38,046 nucleotides of DNA from Candidatus Pacearchaeota archaeon (GCA_016211995.1 JACRHU010000002.1:1-38046), one strand, 5' to 3'; positions 27,131 to 35,828 are shown, counted from the stretch's first letter. Numbers and translations: made by a program. Notes: generated by a model from the sequence alone, not told the origin.

Positions 27131-28420
27131 ATGTTCGATAAAGTGCTTATAGCAAATAGGGGGGTAATAGCAGTAAGGATAATTGAAGCTTGTAAAGAGC
27201 TGGGCATCAAGACAATAGCTGTTTATACTCCAGATGATGAAACCTCCATGCATGTTAAACTTGCTAATGATGCATTCTGCATAAGCAATTATGATGATGA
27301 AGCCGAGTATATAAGCATCTGTGAAGAAATTGAAGCAGATAAAAGAAAGTATAATATAGCAATTCATCCAGGTTATGGTTTTTTAGCAGAAAATGAAGTT
27401 CTCGGAGAAGTATGCAAATATCACAATATATCTCTTGTCGGACCTAGACCAGATGTTATAGAAAGATTGGGTAATAAATTGCAGGCAAAAGAAGGTGCAA
27501 GAAAAACTAAAGTAGAAACAGTGCCTGGAACAGGAGAGATTGAAACAGAAAAAGATGCTCTGAAACAGGCATCAAGATTAAGTTATCCTATAATGATTAA
27601 AGCTGTTGCTGGCGGCGGTGGAAGAGGAATAGAAAGAGTCAATTCAGAGAGAGAGCTTATTCCAACATATAGAAGAGTAAAAGGTCTAGCAAAAATATTA
27701 TTCAGAAATGATGCTGTTTTCTTTGAAAAAGCAGTTGATGAGTTCAGGCATATAGAAGTCCAAATAGTTGGCTATGGCAAGCAAAATGTTGTCCATTTTT
27801 ATGAAAGAGACTGCAGCATACAAAGGAGGAACCAAAAGCTAATAGAATTTTCTCCTGCAGATATTTCTGAAAGTTTACGAGAAAAATTAACTGATTCTGC
27901 ATTAAGGGTTGCTAGATATTTTGATTATACAAATGCTGGCACAGTTGAATTTATTGTAGCAGGCAATAATGTATATTTTATGGAGGTAAATACCAGAATA
28001 CAGGTAGAACATAGAGTAAGTGAAATGTTGACTGGAGTTGATTTAGCTAAACAACAGTTTGAAGTAGCTGCAAATGATAAATACTTTAAACCATTGAAAC
28101 AAAAAGACATTAATAGAAAGGGTTTTGCATTAGAATGCAGGATTTATGCAGAAGACCCTGAAAAAGATTTCTGGCCAACACCTGGAGTTGTTGAGAGAAT
28201 TGAGATTCCTACGGCTCCTTACTTAATTGTTGATACTCATCTCTATAATGGATATAAAGTTGGCTCAACATATGATGCTTTGATTGCAAATGTTATAGTT
28301 CATGGAAAAGACAAGGAAGATGCTGTTGAGAAAATGAGAAAATCCTTGCTTGAGTTGAAGATAGAAGGGGAAATTAAAACAACAATTCCTTTCCATCTTG
28401 AGAAGATAAAAGAGCTTTAG
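27131..28420 (+). CDS. accC: Biotin carboxylase
   Basis: KVLIANRGVIAVRIIEACKELGI, ATP-grasp KAVAGGGGRGI, MEVNTRIQVEH, and ECRIYAEDP. Confidence 0.9.
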   Translation: MFDKVLIANRGVIAVRIIEACKELGIKTIAVYTPDDETSMHVKLANDAFCISNYDDEAEYISICEEIEADKRKYNIAIHPGYGFLAENEVLGEVCKYHNISLVGPRPDVIERLGNKLQAKEGARKTKVETVPGTGEIETEKDALKQASRLSYPIMIKAVAGGGGRGIERVNSERELIPTYRRVKGLAKILFRNDAVFFEKAVDEFRHIEVQIVGYGKQNVVHFYERDCSIQRRNQKLIEFSPADISESLREKLTDSALRVARYFDYTNAGTVEFIVAGNNVYFMEVNTRIQVEHRVSEMLTGVDLAKQQFEVAANDKYFKPLKQKDINRKGFALECRIYAEDPEKDFWPTPGVVERIEIPTAPYLIVDTHLYNGYKVGSTYDALIANVIVHGKDKEDAVEKMRKSLLELKIEGEIKTTIPFHLEKIKEL

Positions 28421-28441
28421 ATAGTTAATGTGACAATTAGA

Positions 28442-28481
28442 GAGCATTGATATGCTCCAAATGTAATCCTCTCAAGGATTA
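28442..28481 (+). terminator. Two hairpins followed by a T-run after accC
   Basis: GAGCAT-tgat-ATGCTC (28442-28457) and TAATCC-tctcaa-GGATTA (28464-28481), then TTTTAAATT. Confidence 0.45.
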
Positions 28482-28511
28482 TTTTAAATTAACGATTAAC
28501 AAATTTATAAA

Positions 28512-29357
28512 ATGGAAAACAATTTTACAAAAAAATTTGAATCAAAAGTCTTGGAAACTATTCAGAAGTATAAACTTTGTAGCAAGAAAGACAGGATTGC
28601 TGTGGCATGCTCTGGGGGGAAGGATTCTACAACTGTACTTTACTTGTTGCATAAATTTGGATTCAATGTTTTTGCCATTTATATTAATTTGAGGATGAGT
28701 GAATATAGTGAAAATTGTTTGAAGGAGTTGAGAAGATTTTGCAAGATGTATGAAATTAAATTGCATGTCCTTGATACAAAACAAATTTATGGAAGCAGCA
28801 TGTGTTTCATAAGGAGCAGGATTCAACAAAAACAAAAATTGAGCAATTGCACTATATGTGGGATAATGAAAAGATGGCTGCTTAATAAAAAAGCTCGTGA
28901 GTTGCATGCCACTAAACTTGCTACAGGCCATAATCTTGATGATGAGGCTGAAACAGTTATTGTAAATTATTCAAAGGGAAATCTTTTGCTTGGGATTAAT
29001 TCTGGCCCTGCAACTGGAATTGTTGCAGATAAAAAATTTGTTCAAAGGATAAAGCCATTATACTTCTGCTCTGGAAAACAGATTTATGAGTATGCTAAGA
29101 ATGCTGAATTTCCTTTTTGGCATGAAAAATGCCCCTGTGCTATTGGTAGTTATAGAATTGATGTCCGCAAGTTTTTAAACCAATTTGATGATTCTGTGAA
29201 AGAGAATATTGTCAATAATTTTATAAAAATTCTTCCTAAGTTAAGAAGAGAATTTTTTGATAAGCAGAAGAAAGTTATTTATTGTAGTGTTTGTGGTGAA
29301 CCTTCTCGCAATGAAATATGCAGTGTATGCAATCTTGTTTCTGGAAAGTTCAAATAA
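28512..29357 (+). CDS. TtuA/Ncs6 (NcsA)-type tRNA 2-thiolation PP-loop ATPase
   Basis: PP-loop VACSGGKDSTTVL. Fe-S Cys triad NCTICG plus KCPCA. ATGHNLDDEAET. C-terminal zinc finger CSVCGEPSRNEICSVC. No N-terminal zinc finger. Confidence 0.8.
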   Translation: MENNFTKKFESKVLETIQKYKLCSKKDRIAVACSGGKDSTTVLYLLHKFGFNVFAIYINLRMSEYSENCLKELRRFCKMYEIKLHVLDTKQIYGSSMCFIRSRIQQKQKLSNCTICGIMKRWLLNKKARELHATKLATGHNLDDEAETVIVNYSKGNLLLGINSGPATGIVADKKFVQRIKPLYFCSGKQIYEYAKNAEFPFWHEKCPCAIGSYRIDVRKFLNQFDDSVKENIVNNFIKILPKLRREFFDKQKKVIYCSVCGEPSRNEICSVCNLVSGKFK

Positions 29358-29372
29358 ATTTTAATAAAATAA

Positions 29373-30401
29373 TTAAAAAACTACTTCTGTATTGAGATAG
29401 TCTGAAAAGAGATTTCTATATTGTTCAAAAAATGGTTTTGTCATTTTTATTTTTTCTATTCCCCTTGCTGCCATCTGCGATTCTAATTTTTCTTCTGATG
29501 TATTATCACAGTTATATCTAAATCCAGAATTTTCTTGTTTTTCTTGTGTATAATCAAAAAATTCCACAATTCCTTTTGCAAAATTAGCTACTTGCTCATC
29601 AGAAGCAGGAGTTATGGATAGACCAAGTTCTACGGCAAATTTTCTAAGTTGTTTTCTATCATAACTTGCCCAGCTTGAATTCTCTCCTATGCTAACAAGA
29701 GGTATAAGCTTATATTTTGATGCTATTTCTTTTAACTTTTTTAAAAGATCATTAAGCTGACTGAAATTATTGATGGTTCTTTCAAGGGCACTAATCTTTT
29801 TTGTTACATTGGTCTGGTCTTTATCTTCTTTATGTCTATAGACTAAACCACTTTGGGAGAAAAAGTCTTCAATTGCAAAAATAGGGACTGAAAGTTTTTC
29901 TCCCCTACCAAAAGAGGCAGAAAGTATAAGATTACCCTTATTTTCTCTTTTATAAGGATTTTCATAATCAGAATCTATTTCAACATTTTTATATTTCCAG
30001 CCACGAACATCTGCAATTAAGGCTGAATCTATACCAGTTGAATTTTCGTATTCTCTTTGTCGAGCATGATATGTGCAGCCACATCTATGTACACTAGGAT
30101 CTTTTTCATCAGGCTTCATTTCCACAACTACTCTTTCTATAAAATCTGGGCTTACACTTGAGAATATTCTTGTTATTTCTTCTGCTTTCTGCGAATCTAC
30201 ATCTGAAGCTGCACTTTCTTTTTTATTTAGCGGGTTTTGAAGATATTTTTGAAAGAGCTCTTCAAAGCGCTCAGTGCCCAAGATGCTTAAGTCGCTTATA
30301 TCCACTAGGTGATTTCCAGTAAGTATAGAATCACCAATAGATTCTCTTATTACATCTTCAAGTTTATCTAATAATTCTAATTTTTTATTTTCTTTTGTCA
30401 T
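29373..30401 (-). CDS. Hypothetical protein (orphan operon, gene 2)
   Basis: 342-aa ORF with an ATGA overlap onto the upstream gene. No motif recognised. Predicted soluble, with a coiled-coil-like central segment (KKISALERTINNFSQLNDLLKKLKEI). Confidence 0.6.
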   Translation of the reverse strand: MTKENKKLELLDKLEDVIRESIGDSILTGNHLVDISDLSILGTERFEELFQKYLQNPLNKKESAASDVDSQKAEEITRIFSSVSPDFIERVVVEMKPDEKDPSVHRCGCTYHARQREYENSTGIDSALIADVRGWKYKNVEIDSDYENPYKRENKGNLILSASFGRGEKLSVPIFAIEDFFSQSGLVYRHKEDKDQTNVTKKISALERTINNFSQLNDLLKKLKEIASKYKLIPLVSIGENSSWASYDRKQLRKFAVELGLSITPASDEQVANFAKGIVEFFDYTQEKQENSGFRYNCDNTSEEKLESQMAARGIEKIKMTKPFFEQYRNLFSDYLNTEVVF

Positions 30402-31222
30402 TTTTCATTACCTTGCTTATAACCAAAACCAAATCTTTCTTTCAAATCGCGTTCCTTGCATTCTCTTTCCAAGTTTTTCTTCTTTCTTAACTTCTCTCCA
30501 GATAATTTCCTCCATTCGCTAGCTTCTTCTTTTAATTCAATTGCTAACAACTTCGTCCATTTGCCAGGAATATATCTTTCTACTTTAAGTCCTAGTGGCC
30601 CAACTATGGCCCATTGTTTGTAGAAGTCGCGCTTCACTTCGTCATGGCCTTTGCTTGCAAAATATTCACCTTTACTGCCACCAAAACCCTGAAAAGTGCC
30701 AGGAGGATATATTGGCCTGTTAAAGCAGAAATACACTTCATCAAATTGTCCCTGAAATACATCTCGTCCCTTAATTACATCTGATATCTTACATTCGATA
30801 TATAACGCACGAGGTTCAGGGAAACCTGATACAACACCCCAATCAAATTTGTGGGCGTATGATGAAAATTGTATTTCGTGTATTTTAACATTTAGTTCAA
30901 ACTTCAAATCAGAGAGGTCATAAGTCATATTTTCCTCAAAATATGGTGAACGTGGATATGTTGGACGTGGATCTGGAGCATTATTATTTATCCAAAAATG
31001 TGGGTGCATAATTGCCATAAGGTAATCATCTATATTTCCGACACGACTTGGATCCCAAACCCCTAGTCCACCCAGATCACGACGTTTACTAAGTAATCTC
31101 TCATATTTTTTAATCAGCACAAGCCCAAGAGCTGTTTCTAGGATCCTCTTATCTTCTGCTTCTTGAATTCTTTCTGCAACTCGTTTCTTAATATCTTGTG
31201 ATACCATTTTGATTTTTCTCAT
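30398..31222 (-). CDS. Hypothetical protein (orphan operon, gene 1)
   Basis: 274-aa ORF with charged helical N- and C-terminal tails and a Pro/aromatic-rich core (HPHFWINNNAPDPRPTYPRSPYF, FDWGVVSGFPEPRALYIECK). No family recognised. Confidence 0.6.
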   Translation of the reverse strand: MRKIKMVSQDIKKRVAERIQEAEDKRILETALGLVLIKKYERLLSKRRDLGGLGVWDPSRVGNIDDYLMAIMHPHFWINNNAPDPRPTYPRSPYFEENMTYDLSDLKFELNVKIHEIQFSSYAHKFDWGVVSGFPEPRALYIECKISDVIKGRDVFQGQFDEVYFCFNRPIYPPGTFQGFGGSKGEYFASKGHDEVKRDFYKQWAIVGPLGLKVERYIPGKWTKLLAIELKEEASEWRKLSGEKLRKKKNLERECKERDLKERFGFGYKQGNEK

Positions 31223-31358
31223 TATGTTTTATTTTGTGTTTAGTTTGAAGCAGTTATTTTTTAACCACTTCTTAATAGTAATCTAAATTAGAGGTATATA
31301 AATATTTGTTGTAATTAAGATAACAACATTTTTAAATCTAATTGTCTATGGTTATTTT

Positions 31359-32087
31359 ATGGATGAAGAGATACAAAAACAGCTACAAGAATTTGGGCTA
31401 AGCAACACAGAGGCTAAAGTATATCTGGCTTTGCTTGGACTAGGAAAGAGTCAAGCCGGGACAGTAACAAAGAAATCCAATGTAAATAGAACAAATGTCT
31501 ATGATGCCTTAGAAAGACTTATAGAAAAGGGGCTTGTTTCTTATGTTACAGAAAACAACATCAAATTCTTTGAGGCTGTAAATCCAGAAAGACTAAGAGA
31601 GATGCTTGGAGAGAGACAAAAGAAGCTAGATAAAACAATAGAAGAATTAAGGTTAAGATATAATAAAAGTAAAAAAGAGGAAGATGCCTTTATTTTTAGG
31701 GGCAAAAAAGGAATAAAATCTATTTTTGAAAATATATTAAGCGAGAAAAAAGACTTATTTGTTTATGGGGCAGAAAGTAGATTTAAAGAAATGTTTCCTT
31801 TTTATCAAAAGCATTGGAATGAAGAAAGAGCAAAATTAAAAATAAATGTAAAGATGATTTATAGTGAAAAAGTAAGAGAAATAAAGAGAAAAGAGCATCT
31901 TAAACTGCTTGAAATGAAATTTTTGCCCGAGATATATGATTTTCCATCTACAATTATGATTTATTCAGATAAGGTTATTACTATTATTTGGCTTGAAGAG
32001 CCTTTTGGATTTATGATAAAAAGTAAAGAAGCTGTAACAAGTAATATGAATTTTTTTGAATTATTATGGAAAATCTCAAAGAAATAA
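31359..32087 (+). CDS. trmB: TrmB-family transcriptional regulator
   Basis: LQEFGLSNTEAKVYLALLGLGKSQAGTVTKKSNVNRTNVYDALERLIEKGLV. A TATA-like TTTTTAAATC lies about 25 nt upstream. Confidence 0.85.
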   Translation: MDEEIQKQLQEFGLSNTEAKVYLALLGLGKSQAGTVTKKSNVNRTNVYDALERLIEKGLVSYVTENNIKFFEAVNPERLREMLGERQKKLDKTIEELRLRYNKSKKEEDAFIFRGKKGIKSIFENILSEKKDLFVYGAESRFKEMFPFYQKHWNEERAKLKINVKMIYSEKVREIKRKEHLKLLEMKFLPEIYDFPSTIMIYSDKVITIIWLEEPFGFMIKSKEAVTSNMNFFELLWKISKK

Positions 32088-32132
32088 TTAATCTTTCAAA
32101 AGCTTTATTAATCATATTTCTTTTACTTATTT

Positions 32133-33644
32133 ATGACAAAGAGAGTGAAGATTAAATTGCTTAAGGAGAGGCTTGCTTTGCAGCCCTGCCCAATTGGACT
32201 TGAAGGAAAATGCTGTAAGAATTGCTTGATGGGACCTTGTCGGGTGTGCTCATATAAGGTTTCTGGGGTTTGTGGGGCAGACATGGACTTAGTTGTTGCA
32301 AGAAACATATTAAGATTTGTTGCTGGTGGCGCTTCAGCACATGTTGGACATGCTTTTCGTATGCTCAATTTCTTGAATTCAAAATATAGTGACAATTACA
32401 TAAAACAAAAAGCTCCTCCTTACTTGTATAAGTTATGGAACAAACTTGGAATTGTTCCTAAAATCCATTTTGAACATTTCAAAGACATATCAGAAGCATT
32501 GCATGCCTCTACAATGGGAGTTGATGCAGATTATGTTGATATTTTAAAACTGGCAATGAAGCTTGGAATTATTGATGGTTATTATGGAATGTATCTTGCG
32601 ACCGAGCTAGAAGACAAAAAATTTGGAAAACCTAGGATTATTAGGGGAAAACTAAATTTAGGAGTTATTAAGAAAGATAAGGTGAATATTGCTGTTCATG
32701 GCCATTATCCTGTTATTGCAGAGACGCTTGTTGCCGAGTGTAAGAAAAAAGAAAATTCTGATATCAATTTGATTGGTGTATGCTGTACAGGTGCAAGCAT
32801 ACTCGCTAAGCATGGAATTCCACTTGCTGCAAATTTTTTATTACAAGAAGATGTTATTTCAACAGGAGCGATAGAGGCAATGGTTGTTGACATGCAGTGC
32901 ATAATGCCTTCACTTGCTGATTTGTGCGAATGCTATCATACAAAACTAATTACAACAAATGAATTATGCAGGATTTCTAATTCTACTTATTTGCCTGTTG
33001 ACAGGAAGAATGCTTATCAGATTGCGAAAAAAATAATTAAAATTGCCCGTGAGAATTTAAAGAAAAGAAAAAGTGTTAATTTAAGCTCTGAAGTGAGAGA
33101 AGTTGTTTCTGGTTTTTCAGAACATAATTTTCCTTATGATTGGGTTATTAGAATGATGAGAAAAAAAGAAGTAAAGGGAATCATTGCTGTTATTGGTTGT
33201 GTGAATCCTCGTGTTGAACTTGATTCTTGGATTGATGTTTATAAGAAATTGTCAAAAGATTATATTATTCTGACTACAGGTTGTATTGCATTTGAGTTTG
33301 GAAAAAGAGGATTGCTGGATGGAAAAAGATTTTTCCATCTCGGAAGTTGCGTGAATAATTCAAGAACTGCTGAAATTTTTAAAATTATTTCTGAGAAAGT
33401 TGGAAAACAGATTAATGCAATGGAGTTTATTGTCTCTTGTCCTGCACCAATAACAGAAAAAGCAGTTGCAATAGGCTTTTTCTTTGCTGCTTATGGTGTA
33501 GATGTGCATTTTGGCTATCCATTCATGCTTGCGTCTGATACTAAGATTTCACATTTTTTAATTCATCTTTTAAGAGATGACTTTAAGAGCAGGATTTATC
33601 TGGAAACAAATCCAAGCAAGATATTTAAAATACTGGAGTCTTGA
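32133..33644 (+). CDS. cooS: Compact CooS-like Ni,Fe carbon monoxide dehydrogenase catalytic subunit
   Basis: D/B-cluster CPIGLEGKCCKNCLMGPC...GVCGA. C-cluster ligand blocks AVHGHYPV, GVCCTG, VDMQCIMPS, VIGCVNP, TTGCIAF and LGSCVNNSR. 503 aa, against the roughly 630 aa I recall for classical CooS. Confidence 0.8.
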   Translation: MTKRVKIKLLKERLALQPCPIGLEGKCCKNCLMGPCRVCSYKVSGVCGADMDLVVARNILRFVAGGASAHVGHAFRMLNFLNSKYSDNYIKQKAPPYLYKLWNKLGIVPKIHFEHFKDISEALHASTMGVDADYVDILKLAMKLGIIDGYYGMYLATELEDKKFGKPRIIRGKLNLGVIKKDKVNIAVHGHYPVIAETLVAECKKKENSDINLIGVCCTGASILAKHGIPLAANFLLQEDVISTGAIEAMVVDMQCIMPSLADLCECYHTKLITTNELCRISNSTYLPVDRKNAYQIAKKIIKIARENLKKRKSVNLSSEVREVVSGFSEHNFPYDWVIRMMRKKEVKGIIAVIGCVNPRVELDSWIDVYKKLSKDYIILTTGCIAFEFGKRGLLDGKRFFHLGSCVNNSRTAEIFKIISEKVGKQINAMEFIVSCPAPITEKAVAIGFFFAAYGVDVHFGYPFMLASDTKISHFLIHLLRDDFKSRIYLETNPSKIFKILES

Positions 33645-33719
33645 GTATTTATAAAAGATACAAAATAAGATATTTAAAATACTAGAGTCTTGATTATTTG
33701 TAAAATTTATAAAAGATAA
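33619..33719 (+). repeat. Direct duplication of the cooS-like 3-prime end (2 copies, 49-nt offset)
   Basis: AAGATATTTAAAATACTGGAGTCTTGAGTATTT (33619-33651) against AAGATATTTAAAATACTAGAGTCTTGATTATTT (33668-33700), with 2 mismatches. Both are followed by ATAAAAGATA. Confidence 0.85.
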
Positions 33720-33721
33720 AA

Positions 33722-34507
33722 ATGAAACTTTTGTTGTTTAGAATGATGGATAGGTTAAAGTTGCAGTACCTCATAGTTTTATGGGTTATTGTTGGAATTT
33801 TATTTGGAATAGTCTACTGGCTTTTTCCAGGAAGCTTGATTGTTGCTGGAAAGGCTACATACAGCATTTTTGATGCTGTATATTTTAGTTTTGTAACCAT
33901 TCTTACTCTTGGTTATGGAGATATTTCACCAATTGGAGGAATAAGAATTCTCGTAATAGTTGAAGGACTTTTAGGATGGATAACTTTTGGAGTAATTGTA
34001 TATAAAATAGTCTCTGTAAAGGAAGATGTAATTCTTGACGAGCTGCATAGCATGTCTAATTCAGAATATGTTAGCAGAATAAGGCATTATTTATTTGTTT
34101 CAAATACAAATCTTTTAAGGTTTATTAATAATATTAAAACAAAGAAAAAAATCGAAAAATCAGATATTTATGAGCTAAGCATTATTTCAACTACACTTGA
34201 AGCAAACATTGCTGATGCAAGAAGGTTTTTATGTAGAGAAAGAACACCTTTCCTAAAGTCTATTGATGATGATGATATTATGCTAATTCTAAAAAGTATT
34301 GATCTATGCGTTACAAATCTGATAAACGCTCTTCAGGTGCTTCCAGAAGATGTGAAAAAAGAGATAGTTCTTCATGATAACATAGGTAAGATTATAGATT
34401 ATAATAAAAGAATATATAGTTTCTGCAATATACAGGTTGGAGACAAAAAAATTGATGAATTACGAGAGTTGACTGAAAGGCTTGAAAAATATACAAGAGA
34501 AAAGTAA
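33722..34507 (+). CDS. Two-TM potassium channel with an unrecognised cytoplasmic C-terminal domain
   Basis: Selectivity filter TLGYGD between two TM helices. The C-terminal ~150 aa have no RCK Rossmann motif. Confidence 0.8.
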   Translation: MKLLLFRMMDRLKLQYLIVLWVIVGILFGIVYWLFPGSLIVAGKATYSIFDAVYFSFVTILTLGYGDISPIGGIRILVIVEGLLGWITFGVIVYKIVSVKEDVILDELHSMSNSEYVSRIRHYLFVSNTNLLRFINNIKTKKKIEKSDIYELSIISTTLEANIADARRFLCRERTPFLKSIDDDDIMLILKSIDLCVTNLINALQVLPEDVKKEIVLHDNIGKIIDYNKRIYSFCNIQVGDKKIDELRELTERLEKYTREK

Positions 34508-34550
34508 AATCTTTCTTCCAAAGAAACAAAGAAAAGATAAATGATATACG

Positions 34551-34609
34551 GCTATGTGTAAGTCTATCTCATAAAAAGATGGAATAATAACTCCTTTTTT
34601 ACACATAGC
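34551..34609. repeat. 11-bp inverted repeat with a 37-nt loop, flanked by direct ATGATATAC repeats
   Basis: GCTATGTGTAA (34551-34561) and TTACACATAGC (34599-34609). ATGATATAC occurs at 34541 and 34611. Confidence 0.7.
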
Positions 34610-34666
34610 TATGATATACATAAATTTTATAAATGAGTTTTTGCTTCTTGCTTTGAGGTAGAAAAA

Positions 34667-35035
34667 ATGGTTTTTTGGTTGTGCATACCCTGTCTGACAT
34701 TATTGCTTTATTTTGGAATACTTAGTATTTTCATTCCAAAATATAGACTTTATATTAGAGATGCCTGGAGATGTTTTATTGACAAATTAAGGGGAAGAAA
34801 ATGCCCTGTAAGCTTTGACAAGAAAATGCATCAAGCATTTATTTTATGGCTTGCTCATAAGAACCAGGTTAAACTAGGAAGGTATTTCAGTGACAAGAAA
34901 AAATTTGATTTATGGGTTATAATTATTTTCTTAATATTCTCAGTTGTATCTACTTATTTGTTTTGGCTATTGATAAAATTCTTGTTTATCAAATCTCCTT
35001 GTGCTGGTACGAGTGGAATTTGCACTGGAACTTGA
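34667..35035 (+). CDS. Hypothetical small membrane protein
   Basis: GAGGT 8 nt upstream. Hydrophobic N- and C-terminal helices and several Cys residues. No family recognised. Confidence 0.45.
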   Translation: MVFWLCIPCLTLLLYFGILSIFIPKYRLYIRDAWRCFIDKLRGRKCPVSFDKKMHQAFILWLAHKNQVKLGRYFSDKKKFDLWVIIIFLIFSVVSTYLFWLLIKFLFIKSPCAGTSGICTGT

Positions 35036-35036
35036 A

Positions 35037-35429
35037 ATGATTCCAGAAAAGCTTTCAAAAAGAGAAAAAAAAGATTTAGAGGGATTGATGAAAGAGGTTA
35101 GCCCTAAAATTTTTAATGAAGCAGCTCATTTATATTTTGAAATGCCTCAATATTATGAGAGTAAGAGAGAAATTGTAGAAAAAAGAGCAAAAATCTTGCA
35201 TGCTGCCAGGATTGCCCAACAAACAGACTTCCCTACTAAAGATGCTTTTATGAGAGTCTATTACTGGGCGAATGCATATATCTATGATGGTGTTAATGTT
35301 TATCAGATACAAAAATGTATTGATGGACTGGATGAAGAAATTATAAAAGAATTAGAAGGAGAAGATGCTTACGAATTACTTTGTGTTCAGTGTGAAGAGC
35401 ATGATAAATGCCATTTAGAAAATCAATAA
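35037..35429 (+). CDS. Hypothetical protein with a C-terminal CxxC..C.H motif
   Basis: I prefer the ATG at 35037, one nt after the upstream stop. The track start is a GTG within the upstream gene. CVQCEEHDKCH at the C-terminus. Confidence 0.45.
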   Translation: MIPEKLSKREKKDLEGLMKEVSPKIFNEAAHLYFEMPQYYESKREIVEKRAKILHAARIAQQTDFPTKDAFMRVYYWANAYIYDGVNVYQIQKCIDGLDEEIIKELEGEDAYELLCVQCEEHDKCHLENQ

Positions 35430-35471
35430 AGCTTCCGAAAGCTTTATTAATGCCTTGTCTATCATTTTTTT

Positions 35472-35828
35472 ATGGATTATGGAAGGCTTGAAAAAATGGC
35501 AAAAAAGACAGAAGTTCAGGATATAAATGATTCTGATTTTGAATCAATTATTAAAAAAAATAATCTTGTTGTTGTAGATTTTTATGCAGACTGGTGCATG
35601 CCATGCGTCATGATGTCTCCTATTGTTGATGAACTTGCTCAAACATATGCTGGCAAGATTTCATTTTTTAAAATAAATGTTGATGATAATAAGGCAAGTT
35701 CAGCAAAATTCAGGGTAATGGGAATTCCTACACTCTTAATTTTCAAGAATGGACAGCTTGTTGATAGAAATGTTGGTGCAAGCTCTTTTGATATATTGCA
35801 AGAGAGACTGAAAAAATATTTAAGCTAG
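35472..35828 (+). CDS. trxA: Thioredoxin
   Basis: VVDFYADWCMPCVMMSP active site and GIPTLLIFKNG. The start may be the internal MAKK at 35496. Confidence 0.9.
   Translation: MDYGRLEKMAKKTEVQDINDSDFESIIKKNNLVVVDFYADWCMPCVMMSPIVDELAQTYAGKISFFKINVDDNKASSAKFRVMGIPTLLIFKNGQLVDRNVGASSFDILQERLKKYLS

Noticed and set aside
30398-31222. Apparent GC elevation of the first orphan gene as evidence of horizontal transfer.
   Set aside because: Hand counts of single 60-nt lines ranged from 33 to 48 percent. Conserved core genes such as iscS reach similar values, so the signal is not distinguishable without a proper sliding-window calculation.
29373-31222. Possible nuclease signatures in the orphan pair: FDWGVV...ALYIECK as a PD-(D/E)xK motif in gene 1, and R-x5-H (RCGCTYH) as a HEPN motif in gene 2.
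   Set aside because: Short degenerate motifs of this kind occur by chance, and there is no supporting secondary-structure or family context that I can verify by eye.
31306-31328. A TGTTGT...ACAACA inverted repeat in the divergent promoter region as a TrmB operator.
   Set aside because: The arms are only 6 bp with a 10-nt AT-rich spacer, which is within chance expectation for this composition.
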